A stretch of 41,646 nucleotides of DNA from a bacterium. Lineage in GTDB: Bacteria > Patescibacteriota > Minisyncoccia > Minisyncoccales > UBA10102. Shown here one piece after another: positions 8,876 through 18,168 of the stretch; the first letter of the stretch is position 1; each line of letters opens with the position of its first letter. Both the position numbers and the translations under genes were made by a program. Under the pieces are notes generated by a model. The model had not been told where the DNA came from and did no database searches. It saw nothing but the letters and a program-made list of their open reading frames with translations. The stretch is taken from assembly GCA_030698465.1 (NCBI GenBank), contig JAUYJZ010000014.1, positions 1 to 41,646 on the forward strand, in the 5' to 3' direction.

Positions 8876-9889
8876 ATGGGACTCTTTATCTCAAAAATCG
8901 GCATTGATTTGGGCACCAAAAACTCTTTGGTGTTTGTGCCTAAAAAAGGTATCGTACTCAATGAGCCCACGGTTGTTGCGGTTTCCCTGGCTGACAACAC
9001 CATTTTGGCAGTAGGGGAGGCTGCAAAGGAAATGACAGGGAGAACTCCAGACACCATACGCGTGTATCGACCCATGAAAGATGGAGTTATTTCCGATTAC
9101 CGGGTTACCCTGGCTATGCTTCGATATTTTTTAAAAAAGGTAGTGCCAAGATATCAGTTTTTTAAACCCGAAGTGTTAATTTCGGTTCCAGCTGGCATTA
9201 CATCCACGGAACGAAGAGCGGTGATAGAGGCTACCACCAAGGCCGGCTCCCGTGCCGTCTATGTTGCAAAAGAACCCATTTTGGCAGCTATTGGAGCTGA
9301 AATTCCAATCAACTCCACTTCAGGACATATGATTGTGGACATTGGAGGAGGAACCACCGAGGTTGCGGTCATCTCTTTAGGAGGAATTGTTGCTTCCTCA
9401 TCTTTGAGGGTGGCAGGAGACAAGATGGATCAGGCAATCTCAGAATATGTGAAGCGCAAATACAATCTTGCCATTGGAGAAAATATGGCAGAAGAGATAA
9501 AAATCAAGATTGGCTGTGCCCTTCCTTTGAAACCCGAACTCACTTGCGAAGTACGGGGGCGGGACCTTGCCCAGGGACTTCCGAAAAATATCAAGCTTGT
9601 TTCCACGGAAATTGCACAGGCGTTACAGGAACCCTTGCAGGAAATTGTCATGGTTATTAAATCCTTGCTTCGAGAAACTCCGCCCGAGCTTTCAGCTGAC
9701 ATCATGGACAAAGGCATGATTATTTCAGGAGGTGGCGCCTTGCTTAAAAATCTTGACCAGCTTATTTCCCAGACTACGGGAGTCCCATGCTTTTTGGCCG
9801 GAGACCCCTTAACGTGCGTTGCCAGGGGAGCTGGAGCAGTATTGGACAATCTTGAAGTATACAAGAGAAGCATCATGGTCAAAAGATGA
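8876..9889 (+). CDS. mreB: Rod shape-determining protein MreB/Mbl, paralogue 1
   Basis: IGIDLGT.N..NEPTVVA..VDIGGGTTEVAVISLGG..SGGGALL. Confidence 0.95.
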   Translation: MGLFISKIGIDLGTKNSLVFVPKKGIVLNEPTVVAVSLADNTILAVGEAAKEMTGRTPDTIRVYRPMKDGVISDYRVTLAMLRYFLKKVVPRYQFFKPEVLISVPAGITSTERRAVIEATTKAGSRAVYVAKEPILAAIGAEIPINSTSGHMIVDIGGGTTEVAVISLGGIVASSSLRVAGDKMDQAISEYVKRKYNLAIGENMAEEIKIKIGCALPLKPELTCEVRGRDLAQGLPKNIKLVSTEIAQALQEPLQEIVMVIKSLLRETPPELSADIMDKGMIISGGGALLKNLDQLISQTTGVPCFLAGDPLTCVARGAGAVLDNLEVYKRSIMVKR

Positions 9890-10596
9890 AACATCTAGAA
9901 TTGTTAGAGCGCGCATATGCACAGGAAAAGCTTGCTCATGCCTACCTTTTCTCTGGGAATGACAAGGCAGAGAAGGAACGGGTAATAGAGGGGTTTGTCC
10001 AGCTTTTGGTCGGCCCTCAAAAGAATCTGATTCAAGGGGATGTTGTAAATGTGAGTCCGGAAACAAATGAAATCACGATAGGGCAAATACGAAACCTTAA
10101 AAAACAGCTAAGCCTCAGCTCTTGGTTCTCCCCATTTCGAATCGGGATAATTCGATCTGCAGAAGCTATGAACCAAGAAGCTCAATCGGCATTCTTAAAG
10201 CTTTTGGAAGAACCAAGAGGGGATGTGATTCTGCTTTTGGAAGTCCAGCATTCCTCGCTGCTTTTAGATACCATTCGTTCTCGCACCCAGGAGTTGAGAA
10301 TGTATCGTTTTGACTCTCCACAAAAAGAAGTAGCCGGTCTGCTTCCAAAATTAAAAGGTACCTCACTTGCAGATCGCTTTGGCATTGCAGAGCGTGAGAG
10401 TCAAGATCCAAAGGCGCTCTATGAAACCTTGCTTAAAATTCAGCGGGAGGCACGAAGTCAACTTCTTGGTGAATTGCAGGAAGGAAGAGCGGAATCCTTG
10501 AGGATTCTGAAATGCATTGCAGAAGTTCTTTCCTCGCTGCGGGTAACACAAGTAAATGCCAGGTATGCCGCCGAGCGCGTTCTCCTGGAATTGTGA
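9886..10596 (+). CDS. holB: DNA polymerase III delta-prime-like subunit
   Basis: LAHAYLFSG..ITIGQIR..AQSAFLKLLEEP..LLDTIRSR. Confidence 0.85.
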   Translation: MKHLELLERAYAQEKLAHAYLFSGNDKAEKERVIEGFVQLLVGPQKNLIQGDVVNVSPETNEITIGQIRNLKKQLSLSSWFSPFRIGIIRSAEAMNQEAQSAFLKLLEEPRGDVILLLEVQHSSLLLDTIRSRTQELRMYRFDSPQKEVAGLLPKLKGTSLADRFGIAERESQDPKALYETLLKIQREARSQLLGELQEGRAESLRILKCIAEVLSSLRVTQVNARYAAERVLLEL

Positions 10597-10598
10597 AT

Positions 10599-11153
10599 AT
10601 GGTAAAGGGAATCCTTGAAAAAATAAAGCCGGAATTTGTTAATGCAGTGGAATTCTTTCGTCATGAAGCGGCGAAAATTCGGACCGGCCAGGCAAGCCCT
10701 GCCTTAGTAGAGGATGTTTTGGTTGATATTGCAGGGCAACAGCTTCCGATAAGGCAGTTGGGAGGAATTTCTCTGCCTGAACGGCGTCAAATTTTAATTC
10801 AACCCTGGGATACTTCATATCTGGGTCCTATGGAAAAAGCCCTTCTCAAGGCTTCTTTGGGAACCTCTCCTGTGGTTGAGGGGAAAGTGTTGCGCATCAC
10901 TTTACCTCAAGTGACGCAGGAATACCGCCAGACTCTTCTTAAACTCTTGGCAGAGAAAGCAGAGCTATCAAAACAAACCCTAAGAAAATGGAGGGATGAA
11001 GCATGGGGAGAAATCCAGGAAAGTGAGCGAAGAGGCGATATCAGAGAAGATGATAAATTCAAGGGCAAAGAAGAGCTCCAGCGCCTTGTGGATGAATATT
11101 CTGGTAAGGTAGATGAACTTGTAGAGAAAAAGAAAAAAGAGGTTGAATTATAG
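10599..11153 (+). CDS. frr: Ribosome recycling factor
   Basis: KIRTGQASPALVE..ILIQPWD..IREDDKF; ATG at 10599. Confidence 0.96.
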   Translation: MVKGILEKIKPEFVNAVEFFRHEAAKIRTGQASPALVEDVLVDIAGQQLPIRQLGGISLPERRQILIQPWDTSYLGPMEKALLKASLGTSPVVEGKVLRITLPQVTQEYRQTLLKLLAEKAELSKQTLRKWRDEAWGEIQESERRGDIREDDKFKGKEELQRLVDEYSGKVDELVEKKKKEVEL

Positions 11154-11156
11154 ACC

Positions 11157-12245
11157 ATGGCCCTTTTCATTGTTTTGCTAAGTTTCCTTGCCTTAATTGT
11201 TCTTCACGAACTTGGGCATTATTTTTTTGCTAAAAAATACGGGGTAAAAGTAGAAGAGTTTGGCATTGGACTTCCGCCTCGATTGATTGGAAAAAAGATA
11301 GGGGAGACTATATATTCCTTAAATCTTCTTCCCTTGGGTGCTTTTGTGCGTTTGGAAGGGGAGGAACAAGCCCTGCCTGGTCCCCGAAGCTTTAGCACAA
11401 AGCCCATATGGCAAAGAATGGTTATCGTGGCGGCAGGGGTTGTTGCCTTTTGGCTAGTAGCTTTCCTTATTTTTACCGGCCTTGGTGCAACAACCGGAAT
11501 TCCAACTGGAATTGGGGACGAAGAAACAGCCGGTGTGGCAAATCCCATAGTACAGATTCTCGGAGTGGCAAAAGGGTCTCCAGCGGAATCAGCAGGTCTT
11601 GAACTGGGAGATAGTATAGTAAAAATGACCGAGGTGGATTCGGGTGTTTCGCTTGAGCCCACCAAGGTACAGGAAGTCCAGTTCTTTACCGATAGTGCCG
11701 AGGCAAAAGAGATTCTTCTTTTGGTGAAGAGAGGAAATGAAACGAGAGAAATTGTCTTAGTGCCGAGAGCTGACCCTCCAGCTGGCGAGGGTGCCATGGG
11801 AGTTGCCTTGGTGCGAACCGGTCTGGTGAAGTATACCTGGTGGAAATCCCCCTTGCGCGCTCTTGAACGAACCTGGGCCTTAACCTTTGAGATTGTCCGC
11901 AATCTCCTGGGTTTGATTTTCAATCTGGCACAGGGAAAGGGAGTGCCAAGTGGTGTTGAAGTCATGGGCCCGGTAGGTATTGTTCAAGTCCTAACTAACT
12001 CTTTTTCCTTGGGCATAGCCCAATTTCTCTCTTTCTTTGCGGTTCTCGCTGTCTACCTTGCTATATTTAACGCTTTGCCTATTCCTGTGGTGGATGGAGG
12101 CAAACTACTGTTTTTGGCTATTGAAGCTGTTCGAAAGAAGCCCGTCCCTGAGTTTGTGGAACAGCGGCTTTCTGCGGTGGTATTCGTCCTCTTGATAACC
12201 TTGATGATTTGGGTAACCATAAAGGATATTGCACGCATTTTATGA
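11157..12245 (+). CDS. rseP: RseP-like M50 intramembrane zinc protease with PDZ domain
   Basis: HELGH, EFGIG.PP, PLGAFV, GSPAESAGL (PDZ), NALPIPVVDGG. Confidence 0.92.
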   Translation: MALFIVLLSFLALIVLHELGHYFFAKKYGVKVEEFGIGLPPRLIGKKIGETIYSLNLLPLGAFVRLEGEEQALPGPRSFSTKPIWQRMVIVAAGVVAFWLVAFLIFTGLGATTGIPTGIGDEETAGVANPIVQILGVAKGSPAESAGLELGDSIVKMTEVDSGVSLEPTKVQEVQFFTDSAEAKEILLLVKRGNETREIVLVPRADPPAGEGAMGVALVRTGLVKYTWWKSPLRALERTWALTFEIVRNLLGLIFNLAQGKGVPSGVEVMGPVGIVQVLTNSFSLGIAQFLSFFAVLAVYLAIFNALPIPVVDGGKLLFLAIEAVRKKPVPEFVEQRLSAVVFVLLITLMIWVTIKDIARIL

Positions 12246-13477
12246 AACAATCAGAACTGTTCAGTAAAACTCAGAGATCTTTCCCCAAAAATGAAGAAAG
12301 CGTGAACGCCCAGCTTCTCTTGAGGGCGGGCTATGTAGAGAAACTCATGGCGGGGGTTTATTCGTATCTGCCTTTAGGTCTTCTGGTTCTCCGCAATATT
12401 GAACGGATTGTTCGAGAAGAAATGAATGCCCTGGGCGCCGTCGAGGTGCTCTTGCCTTCATTGCATCCAAAGGAGAATTGGCAGACAACGGGCAGATGGA
12501 AAACCATGGATGACCTGTATAAGCTCAAAGACCGGGGTGGGCGGGAATTTGCGTTGGCTGGAACTCATGAAGAAGTTATTGTCCCTTTGCTTAAAAAGTT
12601 TGTGAGTTCATATAAGGACTTGCCCTTGGCGGTGTATCAGATTCAAAACAAGTTTCGCGATGAACTTCGAGCAAAGTCGGGCTTGCTGCGGGGAAGAGAA
12701 TTTTTAATGAAAGACCTATACTCTTTCCATGCCAACGAAAACGATATGCTCCAATACTACGAAAAAGTAAAAGTGGCATATCGAAACATCTTTTCTCGAG
12801 TCGGATTAAAGGCTATTGAGACCGAGGCGAGCGGAGGAACCTTTTCTGACTTCTCTCATGAATACCAAGTGCTTACCGAGGCCGGGGAAGATGAAATCAT
12901 CTATTGTGCAGGTGGGGACTATGCAGCTAACGCTGAAATAAGCCAGGCGAAAGAAGGCAAGCAATGCGACCTTGGACACGGGCCCTTAAAGAAGGCAAAA
13001 TCCATTGAGGTGGGGAACATTTTTCCCTTAAAAGACAAATACTCAAAGGCGTTTAATCTTTCTTTCAAGGATGAGAAGGGAAAGGAGCATTTGGTACAGA
13101 TGGGATGTTATGGCATTGGCCTGGGAAGATTATTGGGAACCATTGTTGAGGTGCATCATGACAAAGGAGGTATTGTCTGGCCCAGCGAAGTTGCTCCCTT
13201 TCAGATTCACCTTCTTTCTTTGTCAGGCGGGGAAAAAGCAGCAAAAAGAGCATATGAGGAATTGCAGGCAAAGGGGATTGAAGTGTTGTTTGACGACCGG
13301 GAGGCGAGCCCTGGAGAAAAGCTGACTGATGCGGACCTCTTGGGCATACCCCTTCGGTTGGTGTCGTCTGAAAAGACAGCCTCCAGTGATTCCTTTGAGG
13401 TAAAAAAAAGAGATGAGGAGAAAATTGAATTGGTAAAGAAAAAGGATTTGGTAAGCTATCTTTCAAGGCCCATATGA
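12242..13477 (+). CDS. proS: Prolyl-tRNA synthetase (short form)
   Basis: GVYSYLPLG..THEE..KFRDELRAKSGLLRGREFLMKD..IEVGNIF..MGCYGIG. Confidence 0.96.
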   Translation: MKQSELFSKTQRSFPKNEESVNAQLLLRAGYVEKLMAGVYSYLPLGLLVLRNIERIVREEMNALGAVEVLLPSLHPKENWQTTGRWKTMDDLYKLKDRGGREFALAGTHEEVIVPLLKKFVSSYKDLPLAVYQIQNKFRDELRAKSGLLRGREFLMKDLYSFHANENDMLQYYEKVKVAYRNIFSRVGLKAIETEASGGTFSDFSHEYQVLTEAGEDEIIYCAGGDYAANAEISQAKEGKQCDLGHGPLKKAKSIEVGNIFPLKDKYSKAFNLSFKDEKGKEHLVQMGCYGIGLGRLLGTIVEVHHDKGGIVWPSEVAPFQIHLLSLSGGEKAAKRAYEELQAKGIEVLFDDREASPGEKLTDADLLGIPLRLVSSEKTASSDSFEVKKRDEEKIELVKKKDLVSYLSRPI

Positions 13478-14535
13478 AAAAGCTGCTGCGAAAACTCATG
13501 TCATATCTGGGCCAGGATATTGCCATTGATTTAGGTACGGCAAACTCTTTGGTGTACGTGCGGGGGAAAGGGATTGTTATCCAGGAACCCTCTGTTGTGG
13601 CTGTGAATCAAAAGACCGGGCAGATTCTAGCCATTGGAGCTGAAGCCAAAAACATGGTGGGAAGGACTCCATCTCATATTGTGGCAACCCGCCCTCTAGT
13701 AAAGGGAGTGATATCGGACTTTGAGGTGACAGAACAGATGCTTCGGTATTTCATCAACAAGGTGGCGCGGAGAAAGTTCCTATTTTCTCTGGGACCGAGA
13801 GTTATCGTGGGCATTCCTTTTGGGGTAACAGAGGTGGAAAAGAAAGCGGTCCGAGATGCCACCCTCAATGCCGGAGCTCGAGAAGTCTACCTTATCGATG
13901 AACCCATGGCAGCTGCCATTGGTTCCAGGCTTTTGGTGCAGGAAGCTGGAGGAAATTTTATTGTGGATATTGGAGGCGGGACCGCCGAGGTAGCCATTAT
14001 ATCTTTGGGGGGTATTGTAACTGCAAAGTCCCTGCGGGTTGCGGGAGATAAATTGAATGAAGATATCATTCAATTTGCGCAAGATGAATACAAACTCTTA
14101 ATTGGCGAGCGAACTGCAGAGGGCCTAAAGCTTGGCATTGGCTCTGCCCATCCTTTAAAAGAGAAAAAAGAGATGCCTTTGCGTGGCCGCAATCTGGTGT
14201 CTGGACTCCCTGAGGAAATCCTGGTGTCAGATACTGAAATTCGGAGAGCCATGGAGCGTTCCGTGCGGCAAATCGTGGGAGAAATCAAGGCTGCCGTGGA
14301 GCAGACGCCTCCTGAACTGTTGGCAGATATCATGGAAAAGGGCATTTATCTTTCGGGCGGAGGAGCTTTATTGCGGGGTCTTGATCTCCTTATCTCAAAG
14401 GAAACCAAGATACCCACGGCTATCGTAGAAGATCCTTTAACGGCCGTGGTGAGGGGAGCTGGTATGGTTTTAGAGAATCTTGATGAACTACAGGATGTAT
14501 TGGTAGAAACAGAAGATTTAGAACCACCGCGATGA
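13474..14535 (+). CDS. mreB: Rod shape-determining protein MreB, paralogue 2
   Basis: DIAIDLGTANSLVYV..DIGGGT.EVAIISLGG..SGGGALLRG. Confidence 0.96.
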   Translation: MKKLLRKLMSYLGQDIAIDLGTANSLVYVRGKGIVIQEPSVVAVNQKTGQILAIGAEAKNMVGRTPSHIVATRPLVKGVISDFEVTEQMLRYFINKVARRKFLFSLGPRVIVGIPFGVTEVEKKAVRDATLNAGAREVYLIDEPMAAAIGSRLLVQEAGGNFIVDIGGGTAEVAIISLGGIVTAKSLRVAGDKLNEDIIQFAQDEYKLLIGERTAEGLKLGIGSAHPLKEKKEMPLRGRNLVSGLPEEILVSDTEIRRAMERSVRQIVGEIKAAVEQTPPELLADIMEKGIYLSGGGALLRGLDLLISKETKIPTAIVEDPLTAVVRGAGMVLENLDELQDVLVETEDLEPPR

Positions 14536-14658
14536 ATTTTACCCCGACCCCCAATTTTAAGTAATGTGCCGGTGCGATTTTAACGCTCGGCAGGGACGCC
14601 TCGCTAAATCGCCCGTCAAAGTACAGCAGTTTACTTTGACCCACCACGGGGTAAAATT
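14535..14658 (-). repeat. Composite element: family-2 arms enclosing a family-3 CTGC element
   Basis: 12-bp outer IR AATTTTACCCCG/CGGGGTAAAATT; minus strand CCCGTGGTGG...GGGGGTCGGGG around GTCAAAGTA-AACTGCTG-TACTTTGAC..CGTCCC..CCGGC. Confidence 0.65.
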
Positions 14659-14669
14659 ATTCTACAAAT

Positions 14670-14966
14670 ATGATTGAAAAAAAACAAGTACAACATATCG
14701 CACAACTTGCTCGCCTTACATTGAATGAAAAGGAAGAGGTGCAATACCAACAAGATTTGTCTCAGATTCTGGACTATTTTGATATTCTTCAGAAAGTGGA
14801 AACTAAAAGCATAGTTCCCATGACTCATGCGGTTCCCCTTGAGAACGTTGTGCGTGAAGATATTCCAAAACGCGAAAAAGCCGATGTTGTTTTAAGGATG
14901 ACTCAGCTTATGCCAATCCTCAAAGACGGATTCTTGAAGGTAAAAACGATTCTTTCTTGGAAATGA
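14670..14966 (+). CDS. gatC: Asp/Glu-tRNA amidotransferase subunit C
   Basis: VQHIAQLARL..ILDYFDIL..NVVREDI; precedes gatA. Confidence 0.93.
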   Translation: MIEKKQVQHIAQLARLTLNEKEEVQYQQDLSQILDYFDILQKVETKSIVPMTHAVPLENVVREDIPKREKADVVLRMTQLMPILKDGFLKVKTILSWK

Positions 14967-16375
14967 CCATTGCAGAACTTAGTATTGAAAAGGCGCAGGA
15001 AGGGCTTCTTTCAAAGGAGTTTTCTGCATTGGAATTTCTTGAGGAGGCCCTGAGAATTGTAGAAGAAAAAGAACCAAATCTTCACGCCTTTTTGACTCTT
15101 ACTCCAGAGCTTGCAAAGGAAGCAGCAAAAGTCACAGACGAGAAAATCGCAAAGGGCCAAAAGCTCCTAGCGCTTTCTGGCATTCCTTGCTCTGTGAAGG
15201 ACGCAATCTTGGTTCAAGGGGTGCGATGCACTGCGGCCTCCCGCATGCTGGAAAACTACATTGCCCCCTATGATGCTTTTGTGACTAAAAAAATAAAAGA
15301 GGCAGGAGTCAGCATCATGGGGAAAACTAACATGGATGAGTTCGGCATGGGAGCTTCCACAGAAAACTCCTCGTTTGGACCAACCACAAATCCTGTGGAT
15401 CCAAAGCGCGTCCCAGGAGGTAGCTCCGGGGGATCGGCAGTTTCAGTGGCAAGTTCTGAATCCATGATTTCTTTGGGTGAGGACACGGGTGGGTCTATTA
15501 GGCAGCCCGCATCCTTTTGCGGTATTGTGGGGTTAAAGCCAACCTATGGAGCGGTTTCAAGAGCCGGCATCATTTCCTTGGCATCTTCTTTGGATCAGGT
15601 GGGCTCCTTGGCAAAGAGTGCAAGGGATGCTGAAATTCTATTTCAGGTTATTCAAGGAAAAGACCCTAAAGATGCCACAAGTATTTCACCTCCCACGACG
15701 AGAAAAAAGATGAATATGAAAGAACTTCGGATTGGAATCCCCAAAGAATATTTTGCAAAAGGCTTGGACACAGATGTAAAAAAGGTTGTGGAAGGTGCCA
15801 TCCAGAAGTTTGAACAGGCAGGAGCCTCCCTTGTAGAGGTTGAACTGCCCAGTGTTGAGTATGCCCTAGCTGCCTACTATGTCATTAATACCTCTGAAGC
15901 TTCATCAAATCTGGCCCGATATGATGGTGTTCGTTACGGTTTACACCAAGAAGCCTCGAATTTATTGGGAGAGTACTTAGATTCTCGCGGGGCTGGGTTT
16001 GGTAAAGAGGTAAAGCGCAGAATTATGCTGGGCACCTATGCTCTTTCCGCAGGATACTATGACGCCTACTATGTGAAAGCCCAGAAGGTACGTTCACTGT
16101 TAAAGCAGGATTTTGAACGAGCCTTTTTAAAGGCAGACGTTCTCATGGGTCCCACGTCTCCGGTCCTGCCTTTTCGGTTTGGCGAGCGAACAAAAGATCC
16201 CTTGGCCATGTATTTGATTGATATCTATACTGTTCCGGTAAACTTGGTGGGACTTCCAGCAATCTCTCTGCCAGCGGGAACCGTGGGGAATCTCCCTGTG
16301 GGATTACAGGTTATTTCTCCCGCGTTTTCGGAGGACCTGTTATTTTCTGTGGGCAAAATGTTAGAGAAGCTGTAG
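14963..16375 (+). CDS. gatA: Asp/Glu-tRNA amidotransferase subunit A
   Basis: Amidase signature GKTNMDEFGMGASTENS..PGGSSGGSA..DTGGSIRQPA; EVKRRIMLGTY. Confidence 0.97.
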   Translation: MTIAELSIEKAQEGLLSKEFSALEFLEEALRIVEEKEPNLHAFLTLTPELAKEAAKVTDEKIAKGQKLLALSGIPCSVKDAILVQGVRCTAASRMLENYIAPYDAFVTKKIKEAGVSIMGKTNMDEFGMGASTENSSFGPTTNPVDPKRVPGGSSGGSAVSVASSESMISLGEDTGGSIRQPASFCGIVGLKPTYGAVSRAGIISLASSLDQVGSLAKSARDAEILFQVIQGKDPKDATSISPPTTRKKMNMKELRIGIPKEYFAKGLDTDVKKVVEGAIQKFEQAGASLVEVELPSVEYALAAYYVINTSEASSNLARYDGVRYGLHQEASNLLGEYLDSRGAGFGKEVKRRIMLGTYALSAGYYDAYYVKAQKVRSLLKQDFERAFLKADVLMGPTSPVLPFRFGERTKDPLAMYLIDIYTVPVNLVGLPAISLPAGTVGNLPVGLQVISPAFSEDLLFSVGKMLEKL

Positions 16376-16376
16376 A

Positions 16377-16472
16377 CCCCGCACTATTTTAATCATTCTT
16401 ATTTCGTATATTCTTTATTTATCGCAGTTCTTTGTTTCTCTTCAATACATTGCAAACGAGAATAGTGCGGGG
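16377..16472. mobile_element. MITE-like family-1 element with TAGA target duplication at the gatA stop codon
   Basis: TAGA|CCCCGCACTATT ... AATAGTGCGGGG|TAGA. Confidence 0.75.
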
Positions 16473-16486
16473 TAGACTGAAAAAAG

Positions 16487-17005
16487 ATGGACATCTTATT
16501 TCAAACACTTTCTGCAATCAATAACCCTGGGCTTCAGCAAGCCTTAACGCCCTACCGCTGGATTTTGGGTATCGTGGGCGCTCTTTTATTGCTATTTTCT
16601 TTATATATACTGGCGCGTACAATGTGGCTGAAGTTTTCTTTGCTATTTGACCTTACCGAGTTTTTTACCTTTCGTCCGTATGGTCTACGGCGCATGACCG
16701 GAAAGTGGCAGAAGATTCAGCAACGCTTGGGAACCGCAAATGAGGCAGAGTACAAGCTTGCTATTATTGAAGCGGACGGTTTGCTTAATGATATTTTGCT
16801 GCGTATGGGATTTCGCGGCGAAACCCTGGGAGATAGGCTAAAGACGCTTACACCTGCTATTATTCCTAATCTCAACGATGTATGGCAGGCGCATCAGACC
16901 CGGAACAACGTGGTCCATGACCCTGATTACCGCCTACCCTTGGGGGAGGCACAAAAGACACTCGCAATCTACGAGCAGGCCTTTGGCAATCTCGATTTGA
17001 TTTAG
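16487..17005 (+). CDS. Hypothetical membrane protein
   Basis: 172-aa ORF, N-terminal TM segment, KLAIIEADGLL..GETLGDRLK..H..RN.VVHDPD (HEPN-like RxxxxH). Confidence 0.7.
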   Translation: MDILFQTLSAINNPGLQQALTPYRWILGIVGALLLLFSLYILARTMWLKFSLLFDLTEFFTFRPYGLRRMTGKWQKIQQRLGTANEAEYKLAIIEADGLLNDILLRMGFRGETLGDRLKTLTPAIIPNLNDVWQAHQTRNNVVHDPDYRLPLGEAQKTLAIYEQAFGNLDLI

Positions 17006-17694
17006 GTATTACGTATAAGTCCTTCGATCCAGCCGTGTATCTTTCTTCGTAGCGAGGTTCCTTGTTTGACTGTAATGCGCAGAGTTCCCATATAGGTTTC
17101 GGGATGTGGGTAGATTTTGTTTGGCTTTGTCTTAATAATCGTAGTTTTTGTAAATTGGTGGAATGGAATTCTGGTAAGTTTAGACCAATAGCTTTCAATT
17201 TCCGGGATTCGCTTTTGATGCAATTTATTTACTTTTATATGGAGTGTAATCCGCTCTTTAGAAATCTTGCAAATTTCTTTAAACCATTTCAATATCAGAA
17301 GGATAAGTTTTGGATCTGAGTTTGTGAACCCAACTTGTTCGCCCCCAGGATAGGTGTATCCTTCGCTCCAGTACATCCCCACACCAAGGATAAAAAGATC
17401 CCGCTCGGTCAAAACGCCAATTTCCTTTATTGATTTCTTGCGAAGGAAAGCAGTCTCTATTATTCGCGAACCGGCTCGTTTGGCCTTGGCGCGCTTACTA
17501 CCTTTGATCTCTCCGGAAATTTCTCGTTTCTTCAATCGCGTTCTTTGTGCGGGTGTAAGTTTTATATCCTTTGACCACATACTGAGCGATCCACCTTTTT
17601 CTATTTTAAGTCGTTTAGCAATCTGACTAAAACTAAAACCAGCTCGGCGTAATCGCTGGACACGAGTTTTTTGAAGAGAGGCCAATTTTTGCAT
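17002..17694 (-). CDS. HTH plus LAGLIDADG-like domain protein
   Basis: LRRAGFSFSQIAKRL (HTH), LFILGVGMYWSEG..VGFTNSDPKLI (LAGLIDADG-like helix); ATG at 17694, just after the tRNA 3' end. Confidence 0.7.
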   Translation of the reverse strand: MQKLASLQKTRVQRLRRAGFSFSQIAKRLKIEKGGSLSMWSKDIKLTPAQRTRLKKREISGEIKGSKRAKAKRAGSRIIETAFLRKKSIKEIGVLTERDLFILGVGMYWSEGYTYPGGEQVGFTNSDPKLILLILKWFKEICKISKERITLHIKVNKLHQKRIPEIESYWSKLTRIPFHQFTKTTIIKTKPNKIYPHPETYMGTLRITVKQGTSLRRKIHGWIEGLIRNT

Positions 17695-17699
17695 ACTTG

Positions 17700-18013
17700 T
17701 TGCGGGAGCCGGAATTGCACCGGCGTCGCAAGGTTCTTTCTCTACCTTTTGTTTCCAAAAGGAATGGACTATCCCATTTCCCATTCGGGAATCCCCATTA
17801 TAGTCTCTGAACCTTCTCGCCTGAGGCGAACTTGGCTGCTGATTGCCAAATCCCTCCTTATTTTTAACCGTTCACGCTCATTCTTGCGAATCACGTTGTA
17901 GGAAGAAGGGCTCTTATGGTTTTCCAGCAATTTCGGGGATTTTCATCAAGATGTTTCCATCTTGCGCCACACGTTTGTATGGGCCTCGCATGGTACTACT
18001 CCACTATCCCGCA
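17700..18013 (-). tRNA. tRNA-Met(CAT), possibly initiator, split by a group I intron (exons 18013-17979 and 17735-17700)
   Basis: Joined exons fold as TGCGGGA-TA-GTGG/CCAT-G-CGAGG-CCCAT^AA-CCTTG-CGAC-GCCGG-TGCAATT-CCGGC-TCCCGCA-A; no encoded CCA. Confidence 0.88.
17736..17978 (-). ncRNA. Group I self-splicing intron (243 nt) at tRNA position 36/37
   Basis: P AAATTGCTGGAAA, Q AATCAGCAG, R GTTCAGAGACTATA, S GGGATAGTCC; 5' exon ends in U, intron ends in G; P1 guide GTGTGGC. Confidence 0.92.
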
Positions 18014-18040
18014 TACCTAGTATATCCAAAAAAGAAGCGC

Positions 18041-18069
18041 TTGTAAAGATTGACATTTTAGAATATAAT
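18041..18069 (+). promoter_or_regulatory. Promoter for the tRNA pair
   Basis: TTGTAA-17 bp-TATAAT, 11 nt before the tRNA. Confidence 0.55.
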
Positions 18070-18080
18070 ATGCATCATGC

Positions 18081-18152
18081 GGCTGCGTAGCTCAGTGGCA
18101 GAGCAAAGGACTCATAAGCCTTAGGTCAGTGGTTCGAATCCACTCGCAGCCA
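18081..18152 (+). tRNA. tRNA with CAT anticodon (elongator Met most likely; Ile2 possible)
   Basis: GGCTGCG/CGCAGCC acceptor, GCTC/GAGC D-stem, loop CTCATAA, GGTTCGAATCC. Confidence 0.92.
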
Positions 18153-18168
18153 CAAGGACTGAATATAT

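Noticed and set aside
11219..11965. 248-aa antisense ORF
   Set aside because: Shadow of rseP on the opposite strand with no recognisable motif
14541..14652. Family-1 membership of the ACCCCG..CGGGGT element
   Set aside because: Flanks TTTA/TAAA are inverted rather than duplicated, and internal motifs match families 2 and 3
17695..17784. N-terminal 30 aa of ORF 17002..17784
   Set aside because: Overlaps the tRNA 3' exon and intron; start placed at 17694, and the open frame is noted only as a curiosity
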